Positions 44,820 to 56,793 are shown, counted from the first letter of the whole stretch. The stretch: 63,164 nucleotides of DNA, filler included, from Stramenopiles sp. TOSAG23-2 (GCA_900128395.1; 15 parts of 15 records of this genome joined end to end with filler, not necessarily neighbours in it); one strand, 5' to 3'. A program made the numbers and translations. Notes: generated by a model not told the origin, from the sequence alone.

Positions 44820-45360
44820 ATAGGAAATAGGAAGAGGACAATACTTTGTATTCTGAAATTCACCTTCAAGTATAAACTTATAGGAGAAGAGGACAATACT
44901 TTGTATACTAAAACGAAATTCAAGTGCAACATGATAGGAAAAGAGGATAATACTTCGTACACTAAATCCACCTTCAAGTATAAATTGATAGTAGAAGAGG
45001 ACAATACATTGTATACTAAATACACCTTCAAGTACGAAATGATAGGAAAAGAGGACAATACTTCGTATACTAAAATCCCATTCAAGTACAAACGGATAGG
45101 AGAAGAGGATAATACATTGTATACTAAATCCACCTTCAAGTATGAAATGATAGGAAAAGAGGACAATACTTCGTATACTAAAATCCCATTCAAGTACAAA
45201 CGGATAGGAGAAGATGACAATACATTGTATACTAAAATCCCATTCAAGTACAAACTGATAGTGGAAGAGGACAATACTTCGTACACTAAAACCACATTCA
45301 AGTACGACATGATATTAGAAGAGGATAATACTTCGTACACTAAAACCAGCATCAAGTACA
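44820..45360. repeat. 54-bp minisatellite, ~10 diverged units, open reading frames on both strands
   Basis: GAGGA(C/T)AATAC anchor at 44834, 44889, 44943, 44997, 45051, 45105, 45159, 45213 (GATGAC variant), 45267 and 45321. Confidence 0.93.
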
Positions 45361-45485
45361 AAGAAATAGTAAAAGAAGTTCGTTCTTCCTTTTTCTTCCT
45401 TCGAGTTGTTGTTTTAAAAGGGGGGGAGCTGATGAAGTAGCGATGCATGCATAGGGGTGTTCAATGTATGAAATCGTGTTTACAC

Positions 45486-45707
45486 TCCATACCTGTTTAA
45501 TCCAGATAAATGTCATGTCAATCTACTACCAATAATATAACCACACACTATTGAAAAAGTAGTACATAAAATCAATGTCATTTTACATATATAAATAATT
45601 CCATCCATACGTGTTTAATCTCGATAAATGTCATGTCAATTTATACAAATACATAAATATACACTATTGAAAACACAGAGATAAAATCAATGTCATTTTA
45701 CATATAT
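45486..45707 (+). repeat. Imperfect tandem duplication, ~118-bp period
   Basis: TCCATAC..GTTTAATC..GATAAATGTCATGTCAAT...ACACTATTGAAAA...ATAAAATCAATGTCATTTTACATAT starts at 45486 and at 45604. Confidence 0.8.
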
Positions 45708-45896
45708 TAAAATAAATGATCATATATTAATTGACACAAATACATGGAGTATACACATCAAAATTATACATTAAAAATAATAGAATTATTAAACATATCA
45801 ACTGTAATGACAATACTTCAGATAAATATACGGTATATATATCTATATTTATTTATTTGGAAGAGATCAATTATTAAAGAAAATATATATATAACG

Positions 45897-46172
45897 ATGA
45901 AATTGACGTACGGATTGTTAACAATTATATGCATTGTGCTTGCTAGTAGTAGTAGTACCAGTCATGCAACATCTTTACGTGGTTCCCCAGATGTCGTATT
46001 AGCATCGATGAACTATGTATTAAAAGATGCGGAACAAGAAATTCGTTCCACGGAAAAAGATTTACAAGAAAAGAAAGATGCATTCAAAGGACGTGTTATC
46101 GATGAAAAGAAAGTAGCAGAAAAAGCGAAGAAAGTTGTAGGAATTGCAGAAGAATGTATTAAAGATGCAACC
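45897..46172 (+). CDS. First exon of a secreted coiled-coil protein
   Basis: Signal peptide MKLTYGLLTIICIVLASSSSTSHA, then TSLRG and charged heptads. GTAAGT donor at 46173, CTAAC branch-like motif near the contig end. Confidence 0.7.
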
Positions 46173-46258
46173 GTAAGTAATGAATAATAAAACTTAAAAC
46201 ATCTCTTTTTACACGCATATACAAAACAAAAATCATTATATTGCAAGAAACGATAAAT

Positions 46259-46304
<46 letters not shown>

Positions 46305-46448
46305 TATCAATCAACCAATCATCAATAATAACATATGCTAACACACATNNNNNNNNNNNNNNNNNNNNNNNNNNNNNNNNNNNNNNNNNNNNTTAATTAA
46401 TTAANNNNNNNNNNNNNNNNNNNNNNNNNNNNNNNNNNNNNNNNNNNN

Positions 46449-46662
46449 TATCTCGCGTTGTCCCTATAAAACTACTAACAGCACCACAACTTGAATCCAA
46501 TACCATTTGATAATATTCATTTATATTTAATTTATTACTTGATATAATTGCAATAATTTTTTCATCTTTTGTTTGTATCCGATGTATTTTTTCCACATGT
46601 TCCTCATTCCCCATTGGTACATTCGATTTCTTTTCTTCTGCATTGTTTGTTATTGATGCCAT
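46449..46662 (-). CDS. MOCS2B: Molybdopterin synthase catalytic subunit (MoaE/MOCS2B), 5' part
   Basis: IISSNKLNINEYYQMVLDSSCGAVSSFIGTTRD matches the MoaE CGA-x-x-x-F-x-GTTRD motif; cut by the contig edge. Confidence 0.88.
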
Positions 46663-47111
46663 GTTGTATATTATATATATATATATATATATTCTTCTTT
46701 ATTCACCAATATCAATTAGACGTAATGTATATATATGTTAGAATTCCAATTTTATTAATTGATGATGGAGTTGCTCTTTCTTGGAAACAACGAAAATGAC
46801 AAAAATCAAAATTATATTGGATTATATATTATATATCATTAGTACTAAAAATTTATTTTTTAACATTATTTATGATAACAAACAATATATGAAATAATGA
46901 TAAATATATCGGATATTTATAAATTATTTATTCATTATTTTTTTTTAAAAAAGCGTGGACCAAACAAAAATTAATAAAAAAAAGAGGTTACATAATAAAA
47001 AAAATATATTTAAATAGAAGAAAGGTGAAAAGATAGAAAGAAAAATATTTTGTGTGTGTGTATATATATATATGCTTTTTCTGTGTATTATATATTTTTT
47101 ATAGTAAAACA

Positions 47112-47939
47112 ATGGAATTGATGAAAGATGCAAATAATGTAAATAATTCGTCATCATCCTCTAAGAGTCTAAGCAGTAGTAATCAAAAACATAGTAATTA
47201 TAATAATCGTCGAACGTTTAATTTAAAAAATTATTGTGCTTTACAAATAGCGAAAAATATATTTACCGATATCATGAGCTATGAAGATATTGATGTTTTA
47301 AGTGATGATTTAAGAGCGTTGATATATTTCAACTTGTTGCTGATAAAATTCAAAGTAGAACATCCTGGAGGAACACCGTTAATAATTGCATGTGAAGAAG
47401 GTGAATTACACCATGTCGAATTGTATGTACAATTTCATTATTTAAACCCTGACTGTAAACATTTAACAGCGAAAGAAATGATAAATAGAGTGGGTAAATT
47501 AAGTGATGGTGTGAAAAGTACAAAGAGTACATGGACTGCATTATTAACAGCATGTGAAAACGGGCATTTGGATATTGTTAAATATTTACATGAACATGGT
47601 GGAGATTTGGAAATATGTGATGGTGGTGGATATAGTTGTTTAATGGCAGCAGTTAGTAATCGACATAACAAAGTTGTTGATTATCTCTTGAAACAAAAAG
47701 TAGATATAACACAATCTACAAAATATGGATTGACTGCATTACATTATGCTGTTATAAATAAGTGCCACAATGGGATTAAAATGCTATTAAAAGCGGATAG
47801 AATTACAGAAATAATAAATAAAAAAGATAGTCATGGACGTACTCCATTAGCATTAGCATCTCTCTCTGGATATAGAGATGAAATTGTGGAATTGATGCGT
47901 GATCAGGGGATCCTATTAAGTAAGAAACATAGTTCATAG
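47112..47939 (+). CDS. Ankyrin-repeat protein
   Basis: GTPLIIACEEG, WTALLTACENGHLDIVKYL, GYSCLMAA, GLTALHYA and GRTPLALA. First ATG at 47112. Confidence 0.9.
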   Translation: MELMKDANNVNNSSSSSKSLSSSNQKHSNYNNRRTFNLKNYCALQIAKNIFTDIMSYEDIDVLSDDLRALIYFNLLLIKFKVEHPGGTPLIIACEEGELHHVELYVQFHYLNPDCKHLTAKEMINRVGKLSDGVKSTKSTWTALLTACENGHLDIVKYLHEHGGDLEICDGGGYSCLMAAVSNRHNKVVDYLLKQKVDITQSTKYGLTALHYAVINKCHNGIKMLLKADRITEIINKKDSHGRTPLALASLSGYRDEIVELMRDQGILLSKKHSS

Positions 47940-48908
47940 TAAAAAATATATATATATGATATATGACATATCATATTTATATTATTAGTTTAATATTCAT
48001 TTTTTGAACCCAGTTAAGTTGTACGAAACAGAACGAGAATGTCAGAGAGTGCATGTGAACCAAGCAGTGTGTACTCGGTACTAGGTTGTATAAATTAATA
48101 TATGAAGAGTTCGTAAAAATTAATACGAAGCGTATATATATTTAGGGCAAATATATAAAAACATATTTTAATTTTTACAAAAATATAGTGTTGCCGAGGA
48201 AATCACACACACAGTGTACATCACACCTCCTGGACCGCGGTGTGTGTTGTAAAACTTTTTCTTTTTTTAGCTTCAGTATTCTAGAGAGTGTTCATAGATA
48301 TGATATGATATTCATTTTAGTAAAAATAAAATAATATAATTTTGTTTTGGTTTGCAGAGATGCATTAGAGCTTTACTATAGTAGGATAGAATATTATTCT
48401 TGCGATAGAGTATTGAGCATATTACTTAGCACGAGAAGAGTTGTAAAATTATTATAACTTTTAAATTAGATTTTAACCATCGTATTATTTTTATTTTGGT
48501 TTTAAATTTAATACGTATTTTTATATATAATTTTTTATTTTTTAATATTTTTTTTAAATTTCTTTTGGACAGAGACATTTTCACGGTAAACATTTTTGTT
48601 CGGTTTTTTCGTACTGAATATTCGCTCTCCTTTTGCTTGTTCTAATCTATATCTTCTTCTTTCATCTATTTCGTTTTTGTTTATATTCAATTCCATTTTA
48701 TTTTAATTTTATTTTTTTTTCTTATCATACATTCATTTTGTTTTGTTGTATACACATTTATAATTAATATTCTTTTTCTTTAACGTTATGTACAAAACCA
48801 TCATCATATTATCATCCCCACATCTATCATTTATCTTTATATTTTTATTCTTCTCTAGCGTTTTCTAGCTATTGTTTTCTTTTTCCTTTCTTACATCGTT
48901 CAAGATTC

Positions 48909-49796
48909 TTATTTTTTAGTACTACCACCAGACTGTTCTTCGCGTAATCTATTGTTTTCTTTTTCCAATTCTTCTAAACGTCTTGCTAAACGTGCATTTT
49001 CTTCTTTTAATTTATTTGTTGATTTTAAAGCAGTTTCTTTCTCTGCTTGTAATTCTGCAATACGTCTTACAAGCGTTAATTTGTTTTCCATCATTTTTTT
49101 CGAATCATCGAATTGTTTACGTACAATATCCATATCTATATGCCCACGCATTTCAAACACACTATATACTATGCCAATAATTTCAGGCGTATTGCAAATC
49201 CAACGTTTGAACTCTTCATATGATAATTTTCCATCTTCGTTAACATCTTGTTTACGAAAAGCGTCGTCTACCATAGCATTCACTTCTTTTTCAAACTCTG
49301 CTGGAATCAATGCGCTCACTTCAACCACCAGCCCTTGTTCCATTGCAACGGCTTGCAACAATGCGAATGATGCAAATGCCGTAGATGCTAAGCAACGGTG
49401 TAGCTCAGCACGATCTATATACCCATCACCAGACAAATCAAACATACTAAAACAAAATTTTAGTTTATCATTTAACTCACCACGACAACACATAGCAAGT
49501 CCACGCATAAACTCTTCACGATCTATAAGTCCATCTCCATTGGTATCGAATACTTTAAATATTTGCTCTCGCAACACTCCTGGGTAAGAAAAATATTCCC
49601 CAAACGTATCTATATCAATCCCAGCATGTGTTGAGTTTCTATCACCACCTCCTCCTTCACTAGTTTTAGACGAGGCTTCTTTATCAGCTTGTAAACGGTT
49701 GAATATTTCTATAATTTCACTGACCTCATGCGCTTCAAAATATTTCAACGCTTTTTCCATCGCCTCCTGTGGTAGGCGTGATTGTGCTTTTCCCAT
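48909..49796 (-). CDS. N-myristoylated calcineurin-B/NCS-like EF-hand calcium sensor with C-terminal coiled coil
   Basis: Likely start MGKAQS at 49796 (MGxxxS). EF loops DTNGDGLIDREE, DLSGDGYIDRAE and DVNEDGKLSYEE; DKLKFCFSMFD. Confidence 0.9.
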   Translation of the reverse strand: MGKAQSRLPQEAMEKALKYFEAHEVSEIIEIFNRLQADKEASSKTSEGGGGDRNSTHAGIDIDTFGEYFSYPGVLREQIFKVFDTNGDGLIDREEFMRGLAMCCRGELNDKLKFCFSMFDLSGDGYIDRAELHRCLASTAFASFALLQAVAMEQGLVVEVSALIPAEFEKEVNAMVDDAFRKQDVNEDGKLSYEEFKRWICNTPEIIGIVYSVFEMRGHIDMDIVRKQFDDSKKMMENKLTLVRRIAELQAEKETALKSTNKLKEENARLARRLEELEKENNRLREEQSGGSTKK

Positions 49797-51229
49797 ATTT
49801 GTAGTTGTCGTTGTTGTTGTTGTTGTTGTTGTATTGGGAAAGGTTGTTTGTTTATGATGTATATGGTATATATTCTTGTATGTATATATATATGTGAAAA
49901 CGTTGATGTATACTATTGATATATATATATTTTCTTCGATCAAATGTAACTTATCTACTCTAATGATATTGCAATGCTATTCCATTATACAGACCTAAAT
50001 TTATTACCAGGAGGTTTCCTCAACAGCTCTAAATTATAAAAGGGTGTTGTAACCCTAATTAGAACACTTATTTAGGAGGAGGAATCCATAGTACTGCTAT
50101 TGTACAGTACCAAGTGGTTAAATAATGCTCCATGGAGCGCGCCAAATGATATAGGCTTTCCAACGATGCAGTCAAACGTACGATTTCCATTACTCATTGT
50201 TATCTTATTTTTACAATTCTGTTTCGTGTTTGTTCTTTTTTTTTATAATTGTTATGTCGTTCGTTCTATATCGATAGTTTTTGTTACTATCGTTGTAAAT
50301 AAAATAATGTACAATATGTAAATATCTTTCTTTTCTTTATATGTGGCAATTAATAAAACATTAACAATGGCTACCGGTATGGGAGTGGCAAAAAGCCCAG
50401 GTTTGGTAGCTGCCCAGGCAATGGGGTACAATTCAGTCAAAGATCTTTTGTTGCTTGCCTTCTCTATATTTGCCTGTTATTTGCTATTCGCTTACTAACA
50501 CATCACACAGGGGAGCACAATGGAAGCTGATAAAGAAGCCTCGTCTAAAACTAGTGNNNNNNNNNNNNNNNNNNNNNNNNNNNNNNNNNNNNNNNNNNNN
50601 TTAATTAATTAANNNNNNNNNNNNNNNNNNNNNNNNNNNNNNNNNNNNNNNNNNNNGATATTACAAAAAATCCAAAAATAGCCAATAGTTATTTTGATGA
50701 ATAAACTAAGAATATCCGATTTTTTGTGTAATATCTAGTAAAGTTTGTCGCATCGTTTTGGCAATTAACAATATACACTGTAGTAAATAGCACAATACAA
50801 TGAAATATAATTTAAATTATTTAGCATGTTTTCGGGTTTAGTCAAAAAAGGGCTTAAGGTAATACCATGAGTTTCATCATCCCCTATAATCCAGTGTTAT
50901 ACTAATAAACCGAAGGAAGATTAAGATAATAATACCTTACTGTGCTATACGACCGTATTTCTTCTTATAATTTAATATTTTTTTATAGAATTTTTTTATA
51001 AAAAAGATACAATTTTTATAATACAAAAAATTGAATTCAGCAACTCCACTTCATAAAAGAACAAAAGTATATACCATTTTTGATATATCATAAACATATA
51101 TTTCTTGCGTTTGTGTGTATATATATATATTAGAAAGATATTGAATTGCGTTGAGAAACGGTAGAAGAGGAAAATTTATATATATATATGTAGACTATTT
51201 TAAAAAAAAATAAGAAGAAGAAAAAAAGA

Positions 51230-52144
51230 ATGACGGAAAAACAGGTTGATAATTTATTTTTCAAACAAGTATTATGTGGTGCTGGTGCTGGAGCATTTAC
51301 AAAAACAACGACAGCACCGTTAGAGAGAATTAAAATATTATACCAATTGCAAGGCATGCAAGCTGAAGGTGTTGGTAAGAATCGTAAATATAGAAATATA
51401 TTTCAAACGGCAAAAGTCATATTAAAAGAGGAAGGTATTCGAGCATTTTGGAAAGGTAACTTTGCAAATGTATTACGAGCATCACCAGTCTATGCTTGTA
51501 AGTTTACATTTAATGATCAGTTTAAACTGGCAATTGCAAAGTCATATAATAATAGTAATAACACATCGTCATTATCTGTCGCACAGAAAATGATGGCTGG
51601 TACCTGTTCTGGTTTCTGTACTACATTTTTAACATACCCATTGGAGGTTGTTCGTACTAGATTGGCATTAGGCCCAGGAATGGGAGTGAAATATACGGGT
51701 GTGTTTGATTGTTTAAAAAGGACATTTGTTGAAGAAGGTTTACGTGGATATTATAAAGGATTAGGCCCTACGTTATTATCAGGTCCATTTTATGTAGGAA
51801 TGCAAATGACATTTTATAGCGAAGGGAAGAAATATTTAAATGCAAATAATATATTATCCAATGATGTCATATTACAAGGTCTAATTACAGGTTCCATTTC
51901 TGGTATAGTTGCTCAAACCATTACGTATCCTGGTGATACAATACGAAGGCAAATGCAAAGTAATGGAATGGGTGGAAAAGATAAATTATATCGAACTTCA
52001 TGGCATTGTTTATCGTCTATATGGAAAAGAGAAGGTATAACTGGTATATTTCGTGGATTACCAATAAATGTCTTTAGAGCTATACCTGGTAGTGCTATAC
52101 AATTTGCTACGTATGGAAAATTAAAGGAAATGTTAGAATTGTAA
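51230..52144 (+). CDS. Mitochondrial carrier (SLC25), CoA/adenine-nucleotide carrier-like
   Basis: Three Px[DE]xx[KR] signatures (APLERIK, YPLEVVR, YPGDTIRR), plus EEGIRAFWKGNFANVLR. Confidence 0.93.
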   Translation: MTEKQVDNLFFKQVLCGAGAGAFTKTTTAPLERIKILYQLQGMQAEGVGKNRKYRNIFQTAKVILKEEGIRAFWKGNFANVLRASPVYACKFTFNDQFKLAIAKSYNNSNNTSSLSVAQKMMAGTCSGFCTTFLTYPLEVVRTRLALGPGMGVKYTGVFDCLKRTFVEEGLRGYYKGLGPTLLSGPFYVGMQMTFYSEGKKYLNANNILSNDVILQGLITGSISGIVAQTITYPGDTIRRQMQSNGMGGKDKLYRTSWHCLSSIWKREGITGIFRGLPINVFRAIPGSAIQFATYGKLKEMLEL

Positions 52145-52672
52145 TATATATACGTTTATCAATTTTTGAAATATGGAGTGATAAGAGCATCTTTTGTATA
52201 TTTTTTTGTTTTCTTTAATGCTTTTACAATTTTATATATATATATAAATAATTTGATTATGTTTTTTTATATGAAACAGATTAAAAGAAGAGTATAGAAC
52301 GTGTGTGTGATGAGAGATCCACACAGCATTTTCATTTTTATTTAAATCCTGTTTTATGCAAAAACTTTTTAATAACGCACACCGATGCGTGTGTCTTTTA
52401 TTTGTTGTTTGTTTAAAAACATTTATAATGCCACACTTACTCTCACAGAGAGTTCAATGATTATTTCAATATCTCACCGCTTTTTGCTTCCTTCCGTTTG
52501 CCTTTCCGGTTCTCAATTGAGTCTCGTCCATTGTGACCATCTCAAAATTAAATGAATATTATATATATGGATAGACAAACAATATATATTCAATATACCA
52601 AAATATATATATCCTGGCAAAAAAAAACATCCACAATAGTAATAGGAATATATAATAACATATTAATTGATT

Positions 52673-53347
52673 ATGGGAGTTACATCATCTACCCCAACTA
52701 TTTCGAAAGAAAAATATAATAAAGATATATATAATCTGAAAAGACATGTAAAACATCTACGTGAAATAAATGCAACAAATAATGAAAAAATAAATAATTT
52801 AAAATCAGAATATACGACATATGCGTTTATCGGTGGCGCTGCATGCATTGCTTTGGTTGGTGCGTCATATTTTGCATTTGGTAAAAGGTTAAGAATAAAA
52901 AATACAGAGTTGAAACTACAATTGAAGCGTGTACAAGAAGAAGCATTGCATATTAAAACAAGAGCTGATAAAGATGTTGCAATATCGAAAAAATATGGAC
53001 ATGCAAAATTGGCAAAAAGTTTATTAATTGTTTCTGATAATTTAGATCATGCAGTAGATCCAAAATTTAATATTGAGGATAATAATGAAGCAAATATGAA
53101 TAATATAAAGGATGGTATTCAAATTACACGTGATAATCTTCAGAAAATTTTACTTGAACATGGTATTGAAAAGATAAATCCATTAGGAGAAGTATTTAAC
53201 CCAACATTAGGACATGAAGCAGTACAAACTATTGAAAGCAAGAAAGCAAATTATCCATCAGATCATGTAAATGAAGTTTTACAATGTGGTTTTAGATTGT
53301 ATGATAGAGATTTAAGAGCTGCAAGTGTAATTGTTGTAAAGGATTGA
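52673..53347 (+). CDS. grpE: GrpE nucleotide-exchange-factor homologue with an internal hydrophobic segment
   Basis: KLAKSLLIVSDNLDHA, DGIQIT, HGIEKINPLGEVFNPTLGHEAV and VLQCGFRLYDRDLRAASVIV. Hydrophobic stretch YAFIGGAACIALVGASYFAFG lies upstream. Confidence 0.85.
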   Translation: MGVTSSTPTISKEKYNKDIYNLKRHVKHLREINATNNEKINNLKSEYTTYAFIGGAACIALVGASYFAFGKRLRIKNTELKLQLKRVQEEALHIKTRADKDVAISKKYGHAKLAKSLLIVSDNLDHAVDPKFNIEDNNEANMNNIKDGIQITRDNLQKILLEHGIEKINPLGEVFNPTLGHEAVQTIESKKANYPSDHVNEVLQCGFRLYDRDLRAASVIVVKD

Positions 53348-53382
53348 GAAATAAAACGAGGAGGTGTGTGGTTTAAAGTCGT

Positions 53383-54761
53383 GTGGAATTATTACATCAT
53401 ATAAAATATAATACGTCATTCGTTACTTTTTATATTTTTACGAAAAAACGTTCTCATTTTTCATATTCGTTTTTACGAAGAATTATTTTGCGCTTTTTGA
53501 TTTTTAATGATTTTAAATCACCATTACCTTCTCCTACATCTCTACCATTTTCATCAAAACAAAAATACGGGGAAAATTTTGATATAAATGGTAAATATTA
53601 TTTACATTTATTGTATTTTGGTGAGTTTACTGAAAGTTGGGTGCAATTTAATAACGTGATCCAACTTTATTCTTGTACGTTGCCGATAGGATTGAACATC
53701 ACATTTATACTTTTATTAATCATCGAATCATCTCATCGTGCAAAATTCATGTTTCAAAAACTATGGGGGGGGGAACGTATGATCAATTATAATGAACGCA
53801 ATTTTCAAATAATATTGGACATTGCGATCGATCTCTTTTTTTTAATTGTACCATTAATTATTTTATGGTTTGCATATAGTATACCAATGTCGATTATAGA
53901 AATTTTACAAGTAATTTTGATTCCAACTTTATCGTTACTTTTAAAATTACCAACAGTATTTGAGCAAAGTGTAAACAACAATATTGCCCAAGTAATTTCA
54001 TCAGAACAAGCGGAAGTGTCAGTAAAGATGGACCGAAAGCGGCGATCAATATTTGGTTTGTCAGTTAATGAAAGTATAGTAAACAATCAAAATAAATATT
54101 TCCCGCGTTGCATGAAATTAGTTGTTTTTTACATGAGTCTTGGTTACTCGTTAGGTTTGATAGCAATAGTAATCGTGCAATTAGCCAGCTTATCGTCATT
54201 GGATGCATGCAATACCACTTTAAACAGCACAAACATATGGGAAAATGGTTGCGCCATGAAAATTCCATTTTGTAAAAGAATATTTCAACCTCCAAAATGC
54301 AATTGTGCATATTTAAAAATTGAAAAAGATTATACATTAAAACAACTACCATACCAAGTAACGACAGAAATGGATGGTTTGCGAAAAGTTTACATTCGAT
54401 ATGGAAATCTAACCGAATTGCCAAGTAACATGGAAAATTTAGTAAATATGGTTGATTTTGAAATTTCATTTACAAAGCTACGAGAATTTAACGTGGACGT
54501 TGGAAAATGGGATAAATTAAACAAGTTGTATTTAATGCATAATAATCTTCAACAATATAATGAAAATGCTTTGTGGGAGCATCAAAATGTTGCAGGTATT
54601 AGTTTAATGCATAACATTGGTTTAATGCCCCCGCGTATGCGAAGAAAAATGCCTTCGTTACAGTATCTTGAACTAAGCAACAATAATATAACAGGATTCA
54701 AAATGGATATTAGCAAAGAATTTTTCCCAAATTTGAAATTTTTATTTTTGAATGGCAACTA
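53383..54761 (+). CDS. Multi-pass membrane protein with C-terminal LRRs; start uncertain, 3' truncated
   Basis: Several TM-like segments, a Cys cap (GCAMKIPFC...CNCAYL), then LRRs (GNLTELPSNM, LNKLYLMHNNL, LQYLELSNNNI, LKFLFLNGN). Confidence 0.8.
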
Positions 54762-55357
54762 NNNNNNNNNNNNNNNNNNNNNNNNNNNNNNNNNNNNNNN
54801 NNNNNTTAATTAATTAANNNNNNNNNNNNNNNNNNNNNNNNNNNNNNNNNNNNNNNNNNNNTATTACGTAGAGAAACAAAGTGATGTTAATTATTTATTA
54901 GTAGCATGTGCAAATTAAAGTTAGGATTATTAATATATAAAGTTATGCGTAAATTAAATTATACGTATACGAACTCGTATCACATATATGATATTTTACA
55001 AACACCACGCACACACGCTCAACTTCCTTGTCCTTGTAACCATACTCACATACGTATCATATCCCTTTTGCAAATCAAATAATAATCCTCTGCATTCATA
55101 ATTCATATCCTCTGGATTAAGGTATTATAATCAAATTTTAAAAAATAAAAAATGAGATGTATTTATTTTTATACAGTACCTGTATATGCATCATCACAAA
55201 TATAGTTAAAGTATTTATTGGCATACCACTGGTAGATAAATGTAAAGGGAAAATCTATGTATACGTATACTTCATACTATTTAAATAATAATAATAACAA
55301 TAATAATAGCAACAACTTCCAACTACAAAACAATAATATAATAACACATATATAATC

Positions 55358-56692
55358 ATGGCATCAATAGCAAGTGATACGAATCCAAAAATTAAAAAAC
55401 GTACGTGTTTTTATGATTTATTAGAAGTTCCACGGGATGTAACACCAGCGAAATTGAAAAAAGCATATTATTTAGTAGCTCGTGTTCACCACCCTGATAA
55501 GAAAGGAAATACGAAAGAGGCGACAGCATATTTTCAAGAGATACAACACGCATATGAAGTATTATCAGATAAGAATGAGCGAGCATGGTATGATGCTCAT
55601 AGGGAAGAAATTTTAAGGGGTGGAACTGGCGGTGGAGATAATAATGCAGATAATTATGCAGATGAATTAGATTTAAATAAATTTCCAACACCTGGTCCAT
55701 TTTTTACTGGAGATTTTTATAAGGTATTTGGGAAAATGTTTTGTGAAATAGATTCGTTTGAAAAAAAAGCATATGATCGTGCAGGGGAACAGAAGAAATA
55801 TAAAGAAGCGCCGTTATTTGGTGATGATAGTTCAGATAGTAATGCTGTTTTATCTTTTTATAATTGGTGGTCTGGCTTTACAACAAAGCAAACATTTGCA
55901 TGGAGAGATAAATATAATATTACACAAGCTGAAAATCGTCGAGTTAGACGTGCTATGGAAAAAGAAAATTCAAAAATACGTGGTAATCATAGAACATCAT
56001 ATGCATTCAATGTCAGGCGGATAGTAAGCTCAGTGAAATATAATGACAGACGTTATGAAAAAATATTAAAAGAAGAGGAAGAAAAGAAAGAACAAGCTAA
56101 AATTGCCAGGATGGAAGAACAAAAAAGAGTGAAAGAGGAAAATGCATTGAAAAAGCAACAGTGGTTAGCAGAACGGGAGGAAGAAGCAAGAGCATTGCAA
56201 GAAGCAAGAGATGCTGGATTGTTATCAGATGAAGAAGTTGAATTTCGTTTAGCTGAAGATGATGGTTATTACGGCAATAATAAAAAGAACAAAAAAAAGA
56301 AAAAACGTAATAAAAAAAAGAAAAAAAAGAAACAACAACATGATAATGATGATTCCGTAAATAATATATCCAATAATGTAAATAATATTAATTTAAAACA
56401 AGAAGAAGGAAATATCGATGTGGATAATGATAATAATAATGATAATAATAATAATAATAATAACAAAAATGATGATGAAGATGATGATCGCTTGGATGTT
56501 CAGAAAAAACGAGCAATAATGATAGATGACAAAGAAGGTAAAGAGGAAGAGGAAGACGAAGAAGTTGTTGTTGCACCTGAAAAAATGGAATGTAAAGTAT
56601 GTAAAAAAAAGTTTAAATCTCATGCAATGTATAAAACTCATGAACGATCAAAAAAACATATTCAAAAGATGAAGAAATTAGGATTTGCATAA
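55358..56692 (+). CDS. DNAJC21: J-domain co-chaperone, DNAJC21/Jjj1-like
   Basis: J domain with HPD, ERAWYDAHREEIL, FYNWWSGFTT, AENRRVRRAMEKEN and a C-terminal C2H2 finger CKVCKKKF...HERSKKH. Confidence 0.93.
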   Translation: MASIASDTNPKIKKRTCFYDLLEVPRDVTPAKLKKAYYLVARVHHPDKKGNTKEATAYFQEIQHAYEVLSDKNERAWYDAHREEILRGGTGGGDNNADNYADELDLNKFPTPGPFFTGDFYKVFGKMFCEIDSFEKKAYDRAGEQKKYKEAPLFGDDSSDSNAVLSFYNWWSGFTTKQTFAWRDKYNITQAENRRVRRAMEKENSKIRGNHRTSYAFNVRRIVSSVKYNDRRYEKILKEEEEKKEQAKIARMEEQKRVKEENALKKQQWLAEREEEARALQEARDAGLLSDEEVEFRLAEDDGYYGNNKKNKKKKKRNKKKKKKKQQHDNDDSVNNISNNVNNINLKQEEGNIDVDNDNNNDNNNNNNNKNDDEDDDRLDVQKKRAIMIDDKEGKEEEEDEEVVVAPEKMECKVCKKKFKSHAMYKTHERSKKHIQKMKKLGFA

Positions 56693-56793
56693 AAAAATTT
56701 AACACACCAATATTTTAAAATATACGAGTAATGTAAAAATGGTATATGCATCGTATATATACACGTATAATTAAATTTCCTCTCTCTCCTTTT

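Noticed and set aside
44820-45360. 54-bp array as CRISPR
   Set aside because: The units are homologous along their whole length, so there are no unique spacers.
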